Part shown: piece after piece, positions 29,011 to 38,240 of the stretch | Layout of the letters: every line of letters starts with the position of its first letter | Numbering within the stretch: position 1 is the first letter of the stretch | Assembly (NCBI GenBank): GCA_029261035.1 | Contig: JAJDCD010000008.1 | Coordinates: 364,480 to 428,479, forward strand | Reading direction: 5' to 3' | DNA length: 64,000 bases | Source: Candidatus Omnitrophota bacterium | GTDB taxonomy: Bacteria; Omnitrophota; Omnitrophia; Omnitrophales; JACROU01 | Translations under genes and position numbers: made by a program | Notes under the pieces: model-generated | Told to the model about the DNA's origin: nothing | The model's database searches: none | What the model saw: only the letters and a program-made list of their open reading frames with translations

Positions 29011-29094
29011 TTATGGGCAGCAAGCAAATACTTGAACCGCAGAAACAGTAACAAGCACTGCAACCATCATTAACCCAACGAAATATCTTTTCAT
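29011..29094 (-). CDS. 27-aa micropeptide: signal peptide plus Cys-Cys-Pro
   Basis: MKRYFVGLMMVAVLVTVSAVQVFACCP; AAGGAGG RBS; between arsR and its terminator. Confidence 0.65.
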   Translation of the reverse strand: MKRYFVGLMMVAVLVTVSAVQVFACCP

Positions 29095-29108
29095 AAGCCC
29101 CTCCTTTT

Positions 29109-29504
29109 TTAACAACACTTTGTTTTTTTATTCATCAGTTTGCTATTTTGAATGCCAAGCAAGCACTTACCATTCTCTCGAATAAGCAAACGCTTGTTAA
29201 AGCGCTTCATATCTTCCTTAAAAATCTTATCTTTTGACTTCGCAACAATCTTGCATAGGTCTTTACAAATTTGGTTTAAGCTATGCCAAGCGGAGTAGTA
29301 AACCCAACGACCTTCTTTTCTAGATTGCACTAACTTAGCCTCTTTAAGTATTTCGATATGCTTTGTTATGCTGTATTGTGGCATTTCCAAAGAATCAACA
29401 AACTCACAGCCACAGATTTCCTGCTTCGACACCACCAAGAGCCTAAGTATCCTGAATCGAACTGGCTCACTAATAATTCTGATATAGTCTAAATCGCTTT
29501 TCAT
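29109..29504 (-). CDS. arsR: ArsR/SmtB-family repressor
   Basis: RFRILRLL...ICGCE...HIEILKEAKLVQSRKEGRWVYY; terminal CC. Confidence 0.88.
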   Translation of the reverse strand: MKSDLDYIRIISEPVRFRILRLLVVSKQEICGCEFVDSLEMPQYSITKHIEILKEAKLVQSRKEGRWVYYSAWHSLNQICKDLCKIVAKSKDKIFKEDMKRFNKRLLIRENGKCLLGIQNSKLMNKKTKCC

Positions 29505-29550
29505 ACTTGCCTCTAAATGCAAGTATAGGCCATGATGCAACCCATGTCAA
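29503..29550 (-). promoter_or_regulatory. arsR promoter and operator
   Basis: TTGACA-17-TATACT followed by IR TACTTGC-N8-GCAAGTA. Confidence 0.75.
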
Positions 29551-29694
29551 GCTGTGCACTACCTCAACGAAATTTATTACGTTAAGGTGATAACTATTAT
29601 ATTCCAGCATTGGCACAGATTAACAGCGTTGTCTTAATTGGAGTATGCGGAAGTAAAACCAGATAAAATAGATCTTATTTTACTCCAACTGCTC

Positions 29695-29967
29695 TTAATA
29701 TCCCATCGCGCAACAATGAGTGTTATTCACAGGCCTCATATGTGGGCAATAACCATCGTGGTTCCACTTATCACGGTAATACTTGCTATCATCTTGGATT
29801 GCCGTGACTAGACTTGGATCATCAGAGGTCATCGTAACCTGCACACCGCTTTCGATCTTCTTGACCTCGGTTTTGACATCGCCTTTATCATAGTGCGCAT
29901 AGACATTGTTCCAGGAGAAAACAGCCGCCAAGAACAACAGCGTTAACACAAAAATTGACTTTTTCAT
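29695..29967 (-). CDS. Small secreted Cys/His-containing protein
   Basis: Signal peptide; YCPHM, HCC tail. Confidence 0.7.
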   Translation of the reverse strand: MKKSIFVLTLLFLAAVFSWNNVYAHYDKGDVKTEVKKIESGVQVTMTSDDPSLVTAIQDDSKYYRDKWNHDGYCPHMRPVNNTHCCAMGY

Positions 29968-30136
29968 TACACACCCCTTTTTCTAGAGATTCTTGTTTTA
30001 TTGCTTGTTAAGCTCTTGATGATGGCAACTATCGCCCAAACAACCAATACCCATATCGCTACTTGAAACAACATTCCCAATATGCCACCACAGTAGTAAG
30101 AATGCCCCAAAACCCATTCCAATTTCCACAAAACAT
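29967..30136 (-). pseudogene. Small membrane peptide gene with apparent 1-nt frameshift (or sequencing error)
   Basis: GGAGG RBS then MFCGNWNGFW; continues in another frame as GHSYYCGGILGMLFQVAIWVLVVWAIVAIIK...; span is 170 nt (1 short); stop overlaps the next ATG (TAATG). Confidence 0.55.
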
Positions 30137-30180
30137 CGCATTCACTTCACACCTCCATGTTTTTACCTTTCACTTATAAG

Positions 30181-30205
30181 GACGCAGGAAGCGCGAGAAA
30201 GTTAC
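30181..30205 (-). promoter_or_regulatory. Putative ECF sigma promoter
   Basis: GTAAC-N16-CGTC directly downstream of the ECF/anti-sigma pair. Confidence 0.6.
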
Positions 30206-30221
30206 GCTAAAATTTGAGGGA

Positions 30222-31028
30222 TTATTTCCAGCCGCAACAAGATGATTCATCCCAGGGCCAATACTTCTCCTGCTTCATCATCTTCTGCATCCATGCACCG
30301 CGAGATGAGCAGACTTCTATGGCTCTGTCAATATACGTCTTTTGCGCACCTGAAACCTGCGGCTGGATGGATTGGAGAGTGTCTTTCTGGAAGTCATTAA
30401 AGTGGACTACCTTAGAATAAAAGAGCGGTTGCTTTTCTTTGGGTAAATCCGAAATCCCATCCAAGGCCAACTTTGCTTCATCAAGCATATCCTTAATTAG
30501 GTTTTTATCAATCACTCCATTTTCCCTATAATTCGCCAAGAGTTCCTGCATTCTTCTTTCGGAAAAGGTCAGTCGAAGCTCTGTTTTTCCTTCAGAGTTA
30601 GCAGTCAGAATTAACGTAACCTTTTCTGTCATCAGTTTAAAGGGATATAAAATATCACCTGGCAATGCACTCGCAGAGGCAGTGCCGGTCGTCCAGGTTA
30701 CCAACCCCACAATTAAAATCACCGCCATAACTCTCGCAAAAGCAAATCTTGGAATGATAAACCAGTCCAGATTAAATCTAGGTTTGAATACCTTTTGTTC
30801 AGATAAATGCTTCCCTATCTTAACCAAAGCATTGTAAGCAGCATTCGTGCTTGGCTCAGCCTTTGGCGCAGATTCAAGCTTAGAGACAATGGTCAAGAGG
30901 GACTTTAGTTCTTCGGCGTGTGCAGGGTATTTTGCAAGAACTTCATCAAAAGACACACCCCTCTTTAGGTCCTCAACACAAATATCGAGTATGGTTTCTA
31001 AATTTTCATCATTCATAAAATTACTCAC
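30222..31028 (-). CDS. Putative anti-sigma factor (TM plus DUF5667-like domain)
   Basis: ALPGDILYPFK..TE...ERRMQE motif; overlaps ECF gene; terminal CCGWK. Confidence 0.75.
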   Translation of the reverse strand: MSNFMNDENLETILDICVEDLKRGVSFDEVLAKYPAHAEELKSLLTIVSKLESAPKAEPSTNAAYNALVKIGKHLSEQKVFKPRFNLDWFIIPRFAFARVMAVILIVGLVTWTTGTASASALPGDILYPFKLMTEKVTLILTANSEGKTELRLTFSERRMQELLANYRENGVIDKNLIKDMLDEAKLALDGISDLPKEKQPLFYSKVVHFNDFQKDTLQSIQPQVSGAQKTYIDRAIEVCSSRGAWMQKMMKQEKYWPWDESSCCGWK

Positions 31029-31632
31029 TTTTTACAATTCCTCTTAAGGCAACGAGCGCCCTAAACTGCAAGGCCTTCACCGCCCCAATGCTTTTGCCCA
31101 TAATCGAAGCGATTTTTTCATTGTCATAGCCTTCAATGAACTTAAATAGGATTACCTGCTGTTGTTCCTCACCCAATTCTCCAATGAAAGATTTTAACTC
31201 CTCTTGCGTGAAGGAATCGCCAGGCGCTTCCTTCTCCTGCGGTAGAGCTTCTAATATTTGCGTATCTACCGCATCCTCTTTTCTCACCGCCTTTCTCCTG
31301 TAATAATCGGTCAAGGCGTTCTTTGCTATCCTATAAAGCCACGCTTCAAAGTTGCCATGCTGACGTTTTATGGACTTTACCACCTTTTCAAACACCTCGC
31401 TTGACAGGTCTTCTGCATCTGCATTGGTCCGTGCGCGATAACAAAAAAAGCGATACATTTTCGGATAATAATATTCGAAGACTTCTGTTATCGCCTTCTG
31501 ATCTAACTTCTTCGCCTTATCAACGATATCTTGCGAGAGCCCTTGCGATTTCAAATCATTCTCCACTTTACAAGACGCACCGGAAGAAGAATCGTTACGG
31601 TGATATTTTCTTCCAGAAACTGTATTAGACAT
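31021..31632 (-). CDS. ECF sigma-70 factor
   Basis: DAEDLSSEVF, FEAWLYRIAKN, IASIMGKSIGAVKALQFRA. Confidence 0.92.
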   Translation of the reverse strand: MSNTVSGRKYHRNDSSSGASCKVENDLKSQGLSQDIVDKAKKLDQKAITEVFEYYYPKMYRFFCYRARTNADAEDLSSEVFEKVVKSIKRQHGNFEAWLYRIAKNALTDYYRRKAVRKEDAVDTQILEALPQEKEAPGDSFTQEELKSFIGELGEEQQQVILFKFIEGYDNEKIASIMGKSIGAVKALQFRALVALRGIVKSE

Positions 31633-32380
31633 GCTCTGTTTTTAAACGCCCTAGGAACAATCCACATACGCCAACAGTAATGACTGCAATACTCATAAAC
31701 TGGGCCATGGTTAGACCTAAAGCAACGACGGGGTTAATCCGCCAGAATTCAATTATAAGTCTTTCGGTGCCTGCCAGAACGAGATATGTCCAGAAAACCG
31801 TTCCTGCGGGTAAATTTCTTCTTCCAACCTTAATCAAAATAAGACAAACTACAGACATAATGAACGTTTCATAAATTGGTGTTGGATGAACGGGTACTAG
31901 CGTAGGAACAGTTCCATTTGGAAATGCCATGGCCCAAGGCAAATCTGATGGTTTTCCATAATCACCATCACCTGAAAGAAGACAGCCGATACGCCCAATC
32001 GCGTAGCCTAAAGCCAGTGCGGGAGCTACAGCATCCGCTAATTGAAGCCACCGTAGCTTCTTTTTATTTACTATATAGGTGAATACAAAAATAGCCCCAA
32101 TGAACCCTCCGTACCAGACTAACCCTCCGCCAGAAAATATTGAACTCCAGGGATCGTCTAAAAAATATTTGAAATTTAGGAGAATGTAGTAAACTTTAGC
32201 GCCCAATAAACCACCTAGCAGTATTCCGGTCGTTAAAGCGTCAGCCCTGATTTTCTTCTCTAGTCCTAACCTCTTCAATTCCAGCGCAATGAGCCAATTC
32301 CCACAGAAAAACGCTACAACAACCATCACTCCAAAACTATAAATGGTTAAAGGTCCAATACTAAAGAGTTCAGGATACAT
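31625..32380 (-). CDS. lgt: Prolipoprotein diacylglyceryl transferase
   Basis: GGLVWYGG, AIGRIGC, PWAMAFP, HPTPIYE. Confidence 0.92.
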   Translation of the reverse strand: MYPELFSIGPLTIYSFGVMVVVAFFCGNWLIALELKRLGLEKKIRADALTTGILLGGLLGAKVYYILLNFKYFLDDPWSSIFSGGGLVWYGGFIGAIFVFTYIVNKKKLRWLQLADAVAPALALGYAIGRIGCLLSGDGDYGKPSDLPWAMAFPNGTVPTLVPVHPTPIYETFIMSVVCLILIKVGRRNLPAGTVFWTYLVLAGTERLIIEFWRINPVVALGLTMAQFMSIAVITVGVCGLFLGRLKTEHV

Positions 32381-32384
32381 AAAT

Positions 32385-34280
32385 TTACTTTCGTGTTAAT
32401 CGCAGGCCATTGGCAACGGCTAGAAGTTCTGATGCTTCATGAATTAAAACAGCGATGGCAACCGTCATCAATCCTAAAAGGGCTGAGGGAATAAGAATCG
32501 CGAGAAGCGTTAATGAAAATACGATGTTTTGATGACTGACTCTTCTAGCTTTTTTGCCAAGTTCAATCGCATAAAGAACTTTTGTTAGATCATCCGCCAT
32601 AAGAGCTGCGTCGGCCGCTTCAATCGCTGCATCCGTTCCTCCGGTCCCCATAGCAATTCCCACAGTCGCACTCGCTAAAGCAGGCGCATCATTGATTCCA
32701 TCTCCCACCATTGCCACATACTTAAATTCTTTCTTCAATTCTTCAATCGCTTTGATCTTATCTTCTGGCTTCAGACCTGCTTTTATCTTTTCAATTCCAA
32801 GATTCTCTCCGATCACTTTGGCGGTAGCTTCATTGTCACCCGTGAGCATTACGATTTTAATTCCGTCTTTTTTAAGCTCTTTAATGACATTCTGAGATTC
32901 TTTCCTTACTTCATCTCGAATGGCGATAAGCCCTGCAATCGATTTTTTAGTTCCAACCATAATAACTGTATTGCCTTGCATTCTTAATTCATCAATCTGA
33001 GTAATCGATTCAATTTCGTGCCCTAATTCTCTGAAATACTCAGCTTTAGCAACATAAGTAGTCTCTCCATTAATATCTGCTTGGGCACCCGCACCAACCA
33101 GGGCATTAAAATTCGATGGCTCAGAAAGGTGGATCTCCATCTTTTCTGCTTTTCGCACAATTGCCTCAGCCAGCGGATGCTCTGAGTATTTCTCAACAGC
33201 ATACGCAAGCTCTAGAACACGTTCCTTCTTTTCATTAATAGGAACAACAGACGTTACCTCAGGCTTTCCTTTTGTGAGCGTTCCCGTCTTATCAAAAGCA
33301 ATCGCTTTAATTTTTCCAAGATTCTCAAGATGCATACCGCCTTTAATCAGGACACCCGCCTTTCCCGCACGTCCAATTCCTGCGGCAACAGCCACAGGCG
33401 TTGACATAATCAGAGCGCATGGAGCTGCGGCAACCAAAAGCACTACGGCTTTCGCCGCCCAGACAGAAATTGAAAGACCAAATAAAAGTGGAACGATAAA
33501 AAGTAAGAGTGCGCTAATTAGTACAATTGGCGAGTAGATCTTGCCGAATCGTTCGATAAATAGCTGTGTTTTGCCTTTCTGATCCTGAGCCTCTTCAACG
33601 AGATGAACAATCTTAGAAAGCGTGTTATCTTCAAATGTCGCCGTCACCCGAACCTCTAGCACACCTGTTTGGTTCATGGTGGCTGCAAAGACTTTCATCC
33701 CCTCTTTCTTTTCAACAGGAACTGACTCACCCGTCACGGGTGCTTCATTAACACTCGAACCCCCTTTTAAGATCTCTCCATCAGTGGGAATCGATTCACC
33801 CGGTCTCACAATAAATACGTCACCCACCTTCAACTCTCGAGAGGGTATCTTCACCTCTTCGTCATTTCTCAAAACAGTGGCTGTTTCCGGAGCAAGATCA
33901 AGCAACTTACGAATGGAGGCTCGAGTTTTAGCAAATGTATACTCTTCCAGTCCTTCAGCAGCTCCATAGAGGAATACCAAAAAAGCGGCCTCGTCCCACA
34001 TTCCAAGAATGGCAGAACCAATGGCTGCCGCACTCATCAGCATTTCAATCCCAATCTCTCTTCTTTGAAATAAATCCTCGATACCTTCAAGAAACCAATG
34101 TTTACCTCCAATAATGATTGCAACAACATAGAACCCAATTTCAATCGATTCGGCAATCAATCCCGTATGTCTCAGAAGATAAGCCCCTATCGCAATACCA
34201 CCCGCAATTAGGGCATTACGCATCACCGGATGTTGATACCAAGATCCTTCAAATTCCTTTTTACAGCATGAATCACTCAT
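32385..34280 (-). CDS. Zn/Cd/Pb(Co)-type heavy-metal P1B ATPase
   Basis: [28 protein letters not shown]. Confidence 0.9.
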   Translation of the reverse strand: MSDSCCKKEFEGSWYQHPVMRNALIAGGIAIGAYLLRHTGLIAESIEIGFYVVAIIIGGKHWFLEGIEDLFQRREIGIEMLMSAAAIGSAILGMWDEAAFLVFLYGAAEGLEEYTFAKTRASIRKLLDLAPETATVLRNDEEVKIPSRELKVGDVFIVRPGESIPTDGEILKGGSSVNEAPVTGESVPVEKKEGMKVFAATMNQTGVLEVRVTATFEDNTLSKIVHLVEEAQDQKGKTQLFIERFGKIYSPIVLISALLLFIVPLLFGLSISVWAAKAVVLLVAAAPCALIMSTPVAVAAGIGRAGKAGVLIKGGMHLENLGKIKAIAFDKTGTLTKGKPEVTSVVPINEKKERVLELAYAVEKYSEHPLAEAIVRKAEKMEIHLSEPSNFNALVGAGAQADINGETTYVAKAEYFRELGHEIESITQIDELRMQGNTVIMVGTKKSIAGLIAIRDEVRKESQNVIKELKKDGIKIVMLTGDNEATAKVIGENLGIEKIKAGLKPEDKIKAIEELKKEFKYVAMVGDGINDAPALASATVGIAMGTGGTDAAIEAADAALMADDLTKVLYAIELGKKARRVSHQNIVFSLTLLAILIPSALLGLMTVAIAVLIHEASELLAVANGLRLTRK

Positions 34281-34292
34281 AAACATCCTCTT

Positions 34293-35459
34293 TTAAACGT
34301 TTTCATAATTCTTCGATATTCTCTCTTCCCACTTAAGCAATCTTTCATTCCCAGGCATGTGCCTAAGAGCACCCTTAAGGACTTTAAGAGCTTCCACACT
34401 TGAACCTTTTTCAACAAAAGTAACTGCAAGCCCAATATAGCCATCTACATAATCGGGCTTTGCGACAATAATCATCCTATATAATTGAATAGCTTTATTA
34501 AAGTGCTTAAGGTTGCGATGAGCTTCCGCCAAGAGAAAGTCTAAATTATTTTTTTCAGGAAAAAGGAATTTTAATACATCGAGTATTTTAAGTGCTTTAT
34601 CATAATCTTCATTATCCATATAGGCTATGGATAGCTGAGACATAAAGTCAAGATCCCTCACACCCTTAAGAAACATATCTTCAAGAATCTTAATTGCAGC
34701 TTTTTTTTCATTATTTCTCAACTTCATGATGGCAAGGTTAAACCGCGCCACCCTATTTTCCATATCTTCTGAAGAAAGCGCCTCAAAGATTTCATAGGCT
34801 TCATCAGCATCTCCTTTTTTTGCATATAATTGCCCCAGCAACATCCGCGCTTCTTGATTCTCAGGCATGAGCTTAAGCGCAACCTCAAAATCGTTAATAG
34901 CCGATTCAAACTTCCCTATTCTTGCATAAGCCCTCCCACGGGCAAGCCAGGCGTGGACATCCACAGGGTCTACTTCAAGAGATGTATTAAGTTCGTTAAT
35001 AGCTTCATTGTATTCTCCCACCTGATACAACATAAGCGCTGAAAAACAATGCAAGTGGGGCTCGTTTGATTCTATGGCAACGGCTCTCTGATAAAAATAA
35101 TTCGCTTCCGAAGGCTGTTTAAGTATCCGGTATAAATGTCCTAAGGTAACTAGAGAATCCACATCCTCTGGGTTCTCCACAATCTTTTGGTTTAAACTAA
35201 TAATCATCTTGTTCAAGCCACCTTCCTCATCATATCGAGGGATCATGAAAGCAATTTCGAATAGATCATCTAGCGTCTGGTGATATTGTTCAAAGCTAGC
35301 ATAACTCGCGCCCGGATTATTCAATGCCACTTGTGCGCTTTTAGGCTCTGTGATTTGTTCATATCCAAACGCTAAACTGGCATTGCCACTAACTAAAACA
35401 AATAGGGTGAGGAACCCAGCAAAGCAGTGACTACTATTAGAAGATCTTGTTCTTTTCAT
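34293..35459 (-). CDS. Secreted tetratricopeptide-repeat protein
   Basis: Signal peptide and multiple TPR-like repeats. Confidence 0.85.
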   Translation of the reverse strand: MKRTRSSNSSHCFAGFLTLFVLVSGNASLAFGYEQITEPKSAQVALNNPGASYASFEQYHQTLDDLFEIAFMIPRYDEEGGLNKMIISLNQKIVENPEDVDSLVTLGHLYRILKQPSEANYFYQRAVAIESNEPHLHCFSALMLYQVGEYNEAINELNTSLEVDPVDVHAWLARGRAYARIGKFESAINDFEVALKLMPENQEARMLLGQLYAKKGDADEAYEIFEALSSEDMENRVARFNLAIMKLRNNEKKAAIKILEDMFLKGVRDLDFMSQLSIAYMDNEDYDKALKILDVLKFLFPEKNNLDFLLAEAHRNLKHFNKAIQLYRMIIVAKPDYVDGYIGLAVTFVEKGSSVEALKVLKGALRHMPGNERLLKWEERISKNYENV

Positions 35460-35510
35460 TGTTAGAACCAAAGTCCTTTCATAACATAGTTATTTTTTCT
35501 AAATCCCGAT

Positions 35511-36176
35511 TTAAAAAGATAACCCTAGAGAAGTTCCTACAACCTGCGCGTCATCCCAATCCGCCCCTCTTCGGTTACTTTTAATCATGTAATAGAGGCT
35601 AAAAGATACGTGTTTGTTTAATTTCGCTGCGACGCCCAACTGAACACGGTTTTGATTAAACGAGCCCTCATTCCACTGCCAAAATATTTCTTCTGAAACA
35701 AACGGGGACAACGTAATGCTTTTAACAGGAATCGGATAAGCTAATTTAATGCGATTACGATAACGCCATTCATCTGTACTACTACGGTCACGGTAGGCAA
35801 TACGGTTACGGTCTGATATTTTTAAAGGACCAAGGCTGCCTTTTAGTGTTCCTTCCAATAACCACCGTCTTTCGTTCACATGATCCCCATTCCCGGCTTT
35901 TGATCGCTCGTATTTGAAAAAGGGGCCGATTTCAAAGTGCTCCGATGGATGCCATAAAAAACCTGGGCTTACATTCGCAACAGTTGATTTGGAAAAGTCA
36001 TCCGTAATACGTTGCTCACCTGTCACTTTGAAACTAAAGTCTTCTGCGAGTTTTGCCTTTAACGAGTAGCTATGCCAGAACTGTCCGTCATCTGCGCCAT
36101 AAGCTTCAGTATATAAACAGGTAGTAAACAGTAGCGCGCCTAATAGCATCAAACAAAACTTATTCATCATAATCAC
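35511..36176 (-). CDS. Outer-membrane beta-barrel protein (DUF2490-like)
   Basis: Signal peptide, RYRNR, EEIF...FNQNR, terminal Phe. Confidence 0.8.
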   Translation of the reverse strand: MIMMNKFCLMLLGALLFTTCLYTEAYGADDGQFWHSYSLKAKLAEDFSFKVTGEQRITDDFSKSTVANVSPGFLWHPSEHFEIGPFFKYERSKAGNGDHVNERRWLLEGTLKGSLGPLKISDRNRIAYRDRSSTDEWRYRNRIKLAYPIPVKSITLSPFVSEEIFWQWNEGSFNQNRVQLGVAAKLNKHVSFSLYYMIKSNRRGADWDDAQVVGTSLGLSF

Positions 36177-36203
36177 GTCACTCCGTAGTTATAGTTTTTA
36201 GCG

Positions 36204-37151
36204 TTAATCGTCATCATCGGCAAAAGATTCTTTTTCAAGCTCAGACTTAAGATAAAAGCTCCCTTGCGTTACGACGCTTTCGCTTTCATTAAGACCCATT
36301 ATCACTTCAACTTCATCATGATGAGAATGTCCTAGACGGACTTCCCTCACTTCAATTCCATCCTCATTTATGGGAACAAAAACAATATTTTTTCCACTCA
36401 CCATCTGGACAGCTGCTTTGGGGACGATAAGACCTTCACGCTCCGTCTGATGAATAAGTTCACCTGAAATGGACATGCCGAGTTTTAACAGGTAATCTGA
36501 GTTATCCACATCCACCCGAACTTTAATAGATTTGGATTCCTCGTCAATCTCAGGAGAGATAAAAACAACTTCTCCATGGAAAACATTGTTCGGATAAGCT
36601 ATAGACGTCATCTCAATTGCCTGCCCGACACTAACGAAACTTAAATCTTTTTCATAAATATCAAACGTGGACCGAAGGGTGCTTACGTCGATCAGACTCA
36701 CAAGAGCTTTAAGCCGATCCACTTTATCGCTTTCATCAACATGGATAGAGACAACCGTTCCTTGTGCAGGAGCAACAACCTCTCTCAGAACTCCATCTGA
36801 TTGTTTTATCCCTAGCAAAGGAGTTCCTTCATCCACAATATCACCCAACTTAACATGGACCTTTGCAACAACGCCCTCATCCTCAACTGTCACGTGCAAA
36901 TATCTATCTGTATCTTTTGCAATTTTTCCATATACTTTTAATCGTTCATCAAGTATTTTCTTTTGAGCTAGGACTACCTCTAACGCAATCATCCCGCGTG
37001 CTTCTGCATCGACTTCCAGCACTCCCCCAATCGCAGGCTCATTTTCTTCAGATGATTCTCTCTCTTCGGCAAAGCTCTGCATTGGCACACATAACATTCC
37101 AAAAATTATTAAAAACAAAACTATCGGGCTCTTTTTCATTATCCATCCCAT
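36204..37151 (-). CDS. Second CzcB-like RND periplasmic adaptor
   Basis: Paralogue of 41383-42372 (shared FISPEIDEESKSIKVRVDVDN-type segment). Confidence 0.88.
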   Translation of the reverse strand: MGWIMKKSPIVLFLIIFGMLCVPMQSFAEERESSEENEPAIGGVLEVDAEARGMIALEVVLAQKKILDERLKVYGKIAKDTDRYLHVTVEDEGVVAKVHVKLGDIVDEGTPLLGIKQSDGVLREVVAPAQGTVVSIHVDESDKVDRLKALVSLIDVSTLRSTFDIYEKDLSFVSVGQAIEMTSIAYPNNVFHGEVVFISPEIDEESKSIKVRVDVDNSDYLLKLGMSISGELIHQTEREGLIVPKAAVQMVSGKNIVFVPINEDGIEVREVRLGHSHHDEVEVIMGLNESESVVTQGSFYLKSELEKESFADDDD

Positions 37152-37269
37152 GAATTTCTTTGAATGATTGATATTTATATTTATTTAGCATTAGAGTTTG
37201 ATGTAAAAAGGCACAGATCGCCAACAAATACCCGTCTTTTAAATCAAGACATACGGGTAGTGTTGAAAA

Positions 37270-37553
37270 TTAGACTAATGTAGGTGGATGGAAAATAGAG
37301 CGGACAAGGATAACAGCGTAAAACTCTTCTCTTACCGAAATAAATGACTCAGACTGCAAATGCATACTCGGTTGAATGGAACCGACCTCTGGTATCCAAT
37401 TGCAACAGTTGACGTTACAAACTGAGTGACATGAGATCGGTTGAGAATCAAGTGCAATGTCATTACGCTCAACCGCATAGGCAAGAGTTGAACACGTCAC
37501 TATTGCAATAAACGCCAAAAATGTGAGTATGTAATGAATCGTATTTTTTTTCA
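37270..37553 (-). CDS. CzcI/DUF2946-like leader protein ending SIFHPP
   Basis: Signal peptide, CHxxCxxxCC, C-terminal RSIFHPP; own sigma70-like promoter. Confidence 0.65.
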
Positions 37554-37648
37554 TAAGTTCAGTCAAGAATAACATCTTTTAATTTTTTGTTCAATCGCAG
37601 AAGTTGCTATTACTCTGCATGATCTTGAAACAAACACAAATATAATCG

Positions 37649-37891
37649 TCAGGAGCTCCGTCGCCGAATTTTCATCCAATAATCGCCTTCTGCGTGCTTG
37701 ATAGTAATATGCGCCTCACGGGCAAGCCAGCCTGCAGCCATAAGAATCAGATCCCTTGAACAATGGGTAACATCTATTAGTTCTGCAATCGGAAGCTCAT
37801 CTTTATCATCCAATGCGCGCCAAATTTCCCCAGCAACAATGCCTATCTCGGTTATCATGGATATTTGATCTTCCGTTTTATATGGCTTCAT
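37649..37891 (-). CDS. Small winged-helix protein (DUF2582-like)
   Basis: IG..AGEIW..L...AAGWLARE. Confidence 0.8.
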   Translation of the reverse strand: MKPYKTEDQISMITEIGIVAGEIWRALDDKDELPIAELIDVTHCSRDLILMAAGWLAREAHITIKHAEGDYWMKIRRRSS

Positions 37892-38216
37892 TTCCTTGGC
37901 TCCCGGTCCTAATACTCATGGCAGTCTCAATTTTCGTAACAAATATTTTTCCGTCACCTCTTCTACCTGTATGCGCATGCTCTTTGATCGTTTTTACGAT
38001 CTCATCGACCTCGTCATCTTCACATGCAATTTCTAACTTCACCTTCGGTGTAAATTCCACACAGTCCGCTTTTGCATCATGCGCGTACCCCTCATCTTTT
38101 TCTTTTCCAAATCCTTTGATTTCATTCACACTCATCCCTCGAATATGAATAGCGTGAAGTGCGTCTGTTACTTTTTGAAGCATAAAGGGCTGTATATAAG
38201 CTTTAATTTCTTTCAT
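37878..38216 (-). CDS. PII-family signal protein (czc-associated type)
   Basis: MKEIKAYI.P...GFG...PKVKLEI...AHTGRRGDGKIFV...IRTG. Confidence 0.9.
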   Translation of the reverse strand: MKEIKAYIQPFMLQKVTDALHAIHIRGMSVNEIKGFGKEKDEGYAHDAKADCVEFTPKVKLEIACEDDEVDEIVKTIKEHAHTGRRGDGKIFVTKIETAMSIRTGSQGNEAI

Positions 38217-38240
38217 TTCAAATCTCCTTTTTAAAAATTG

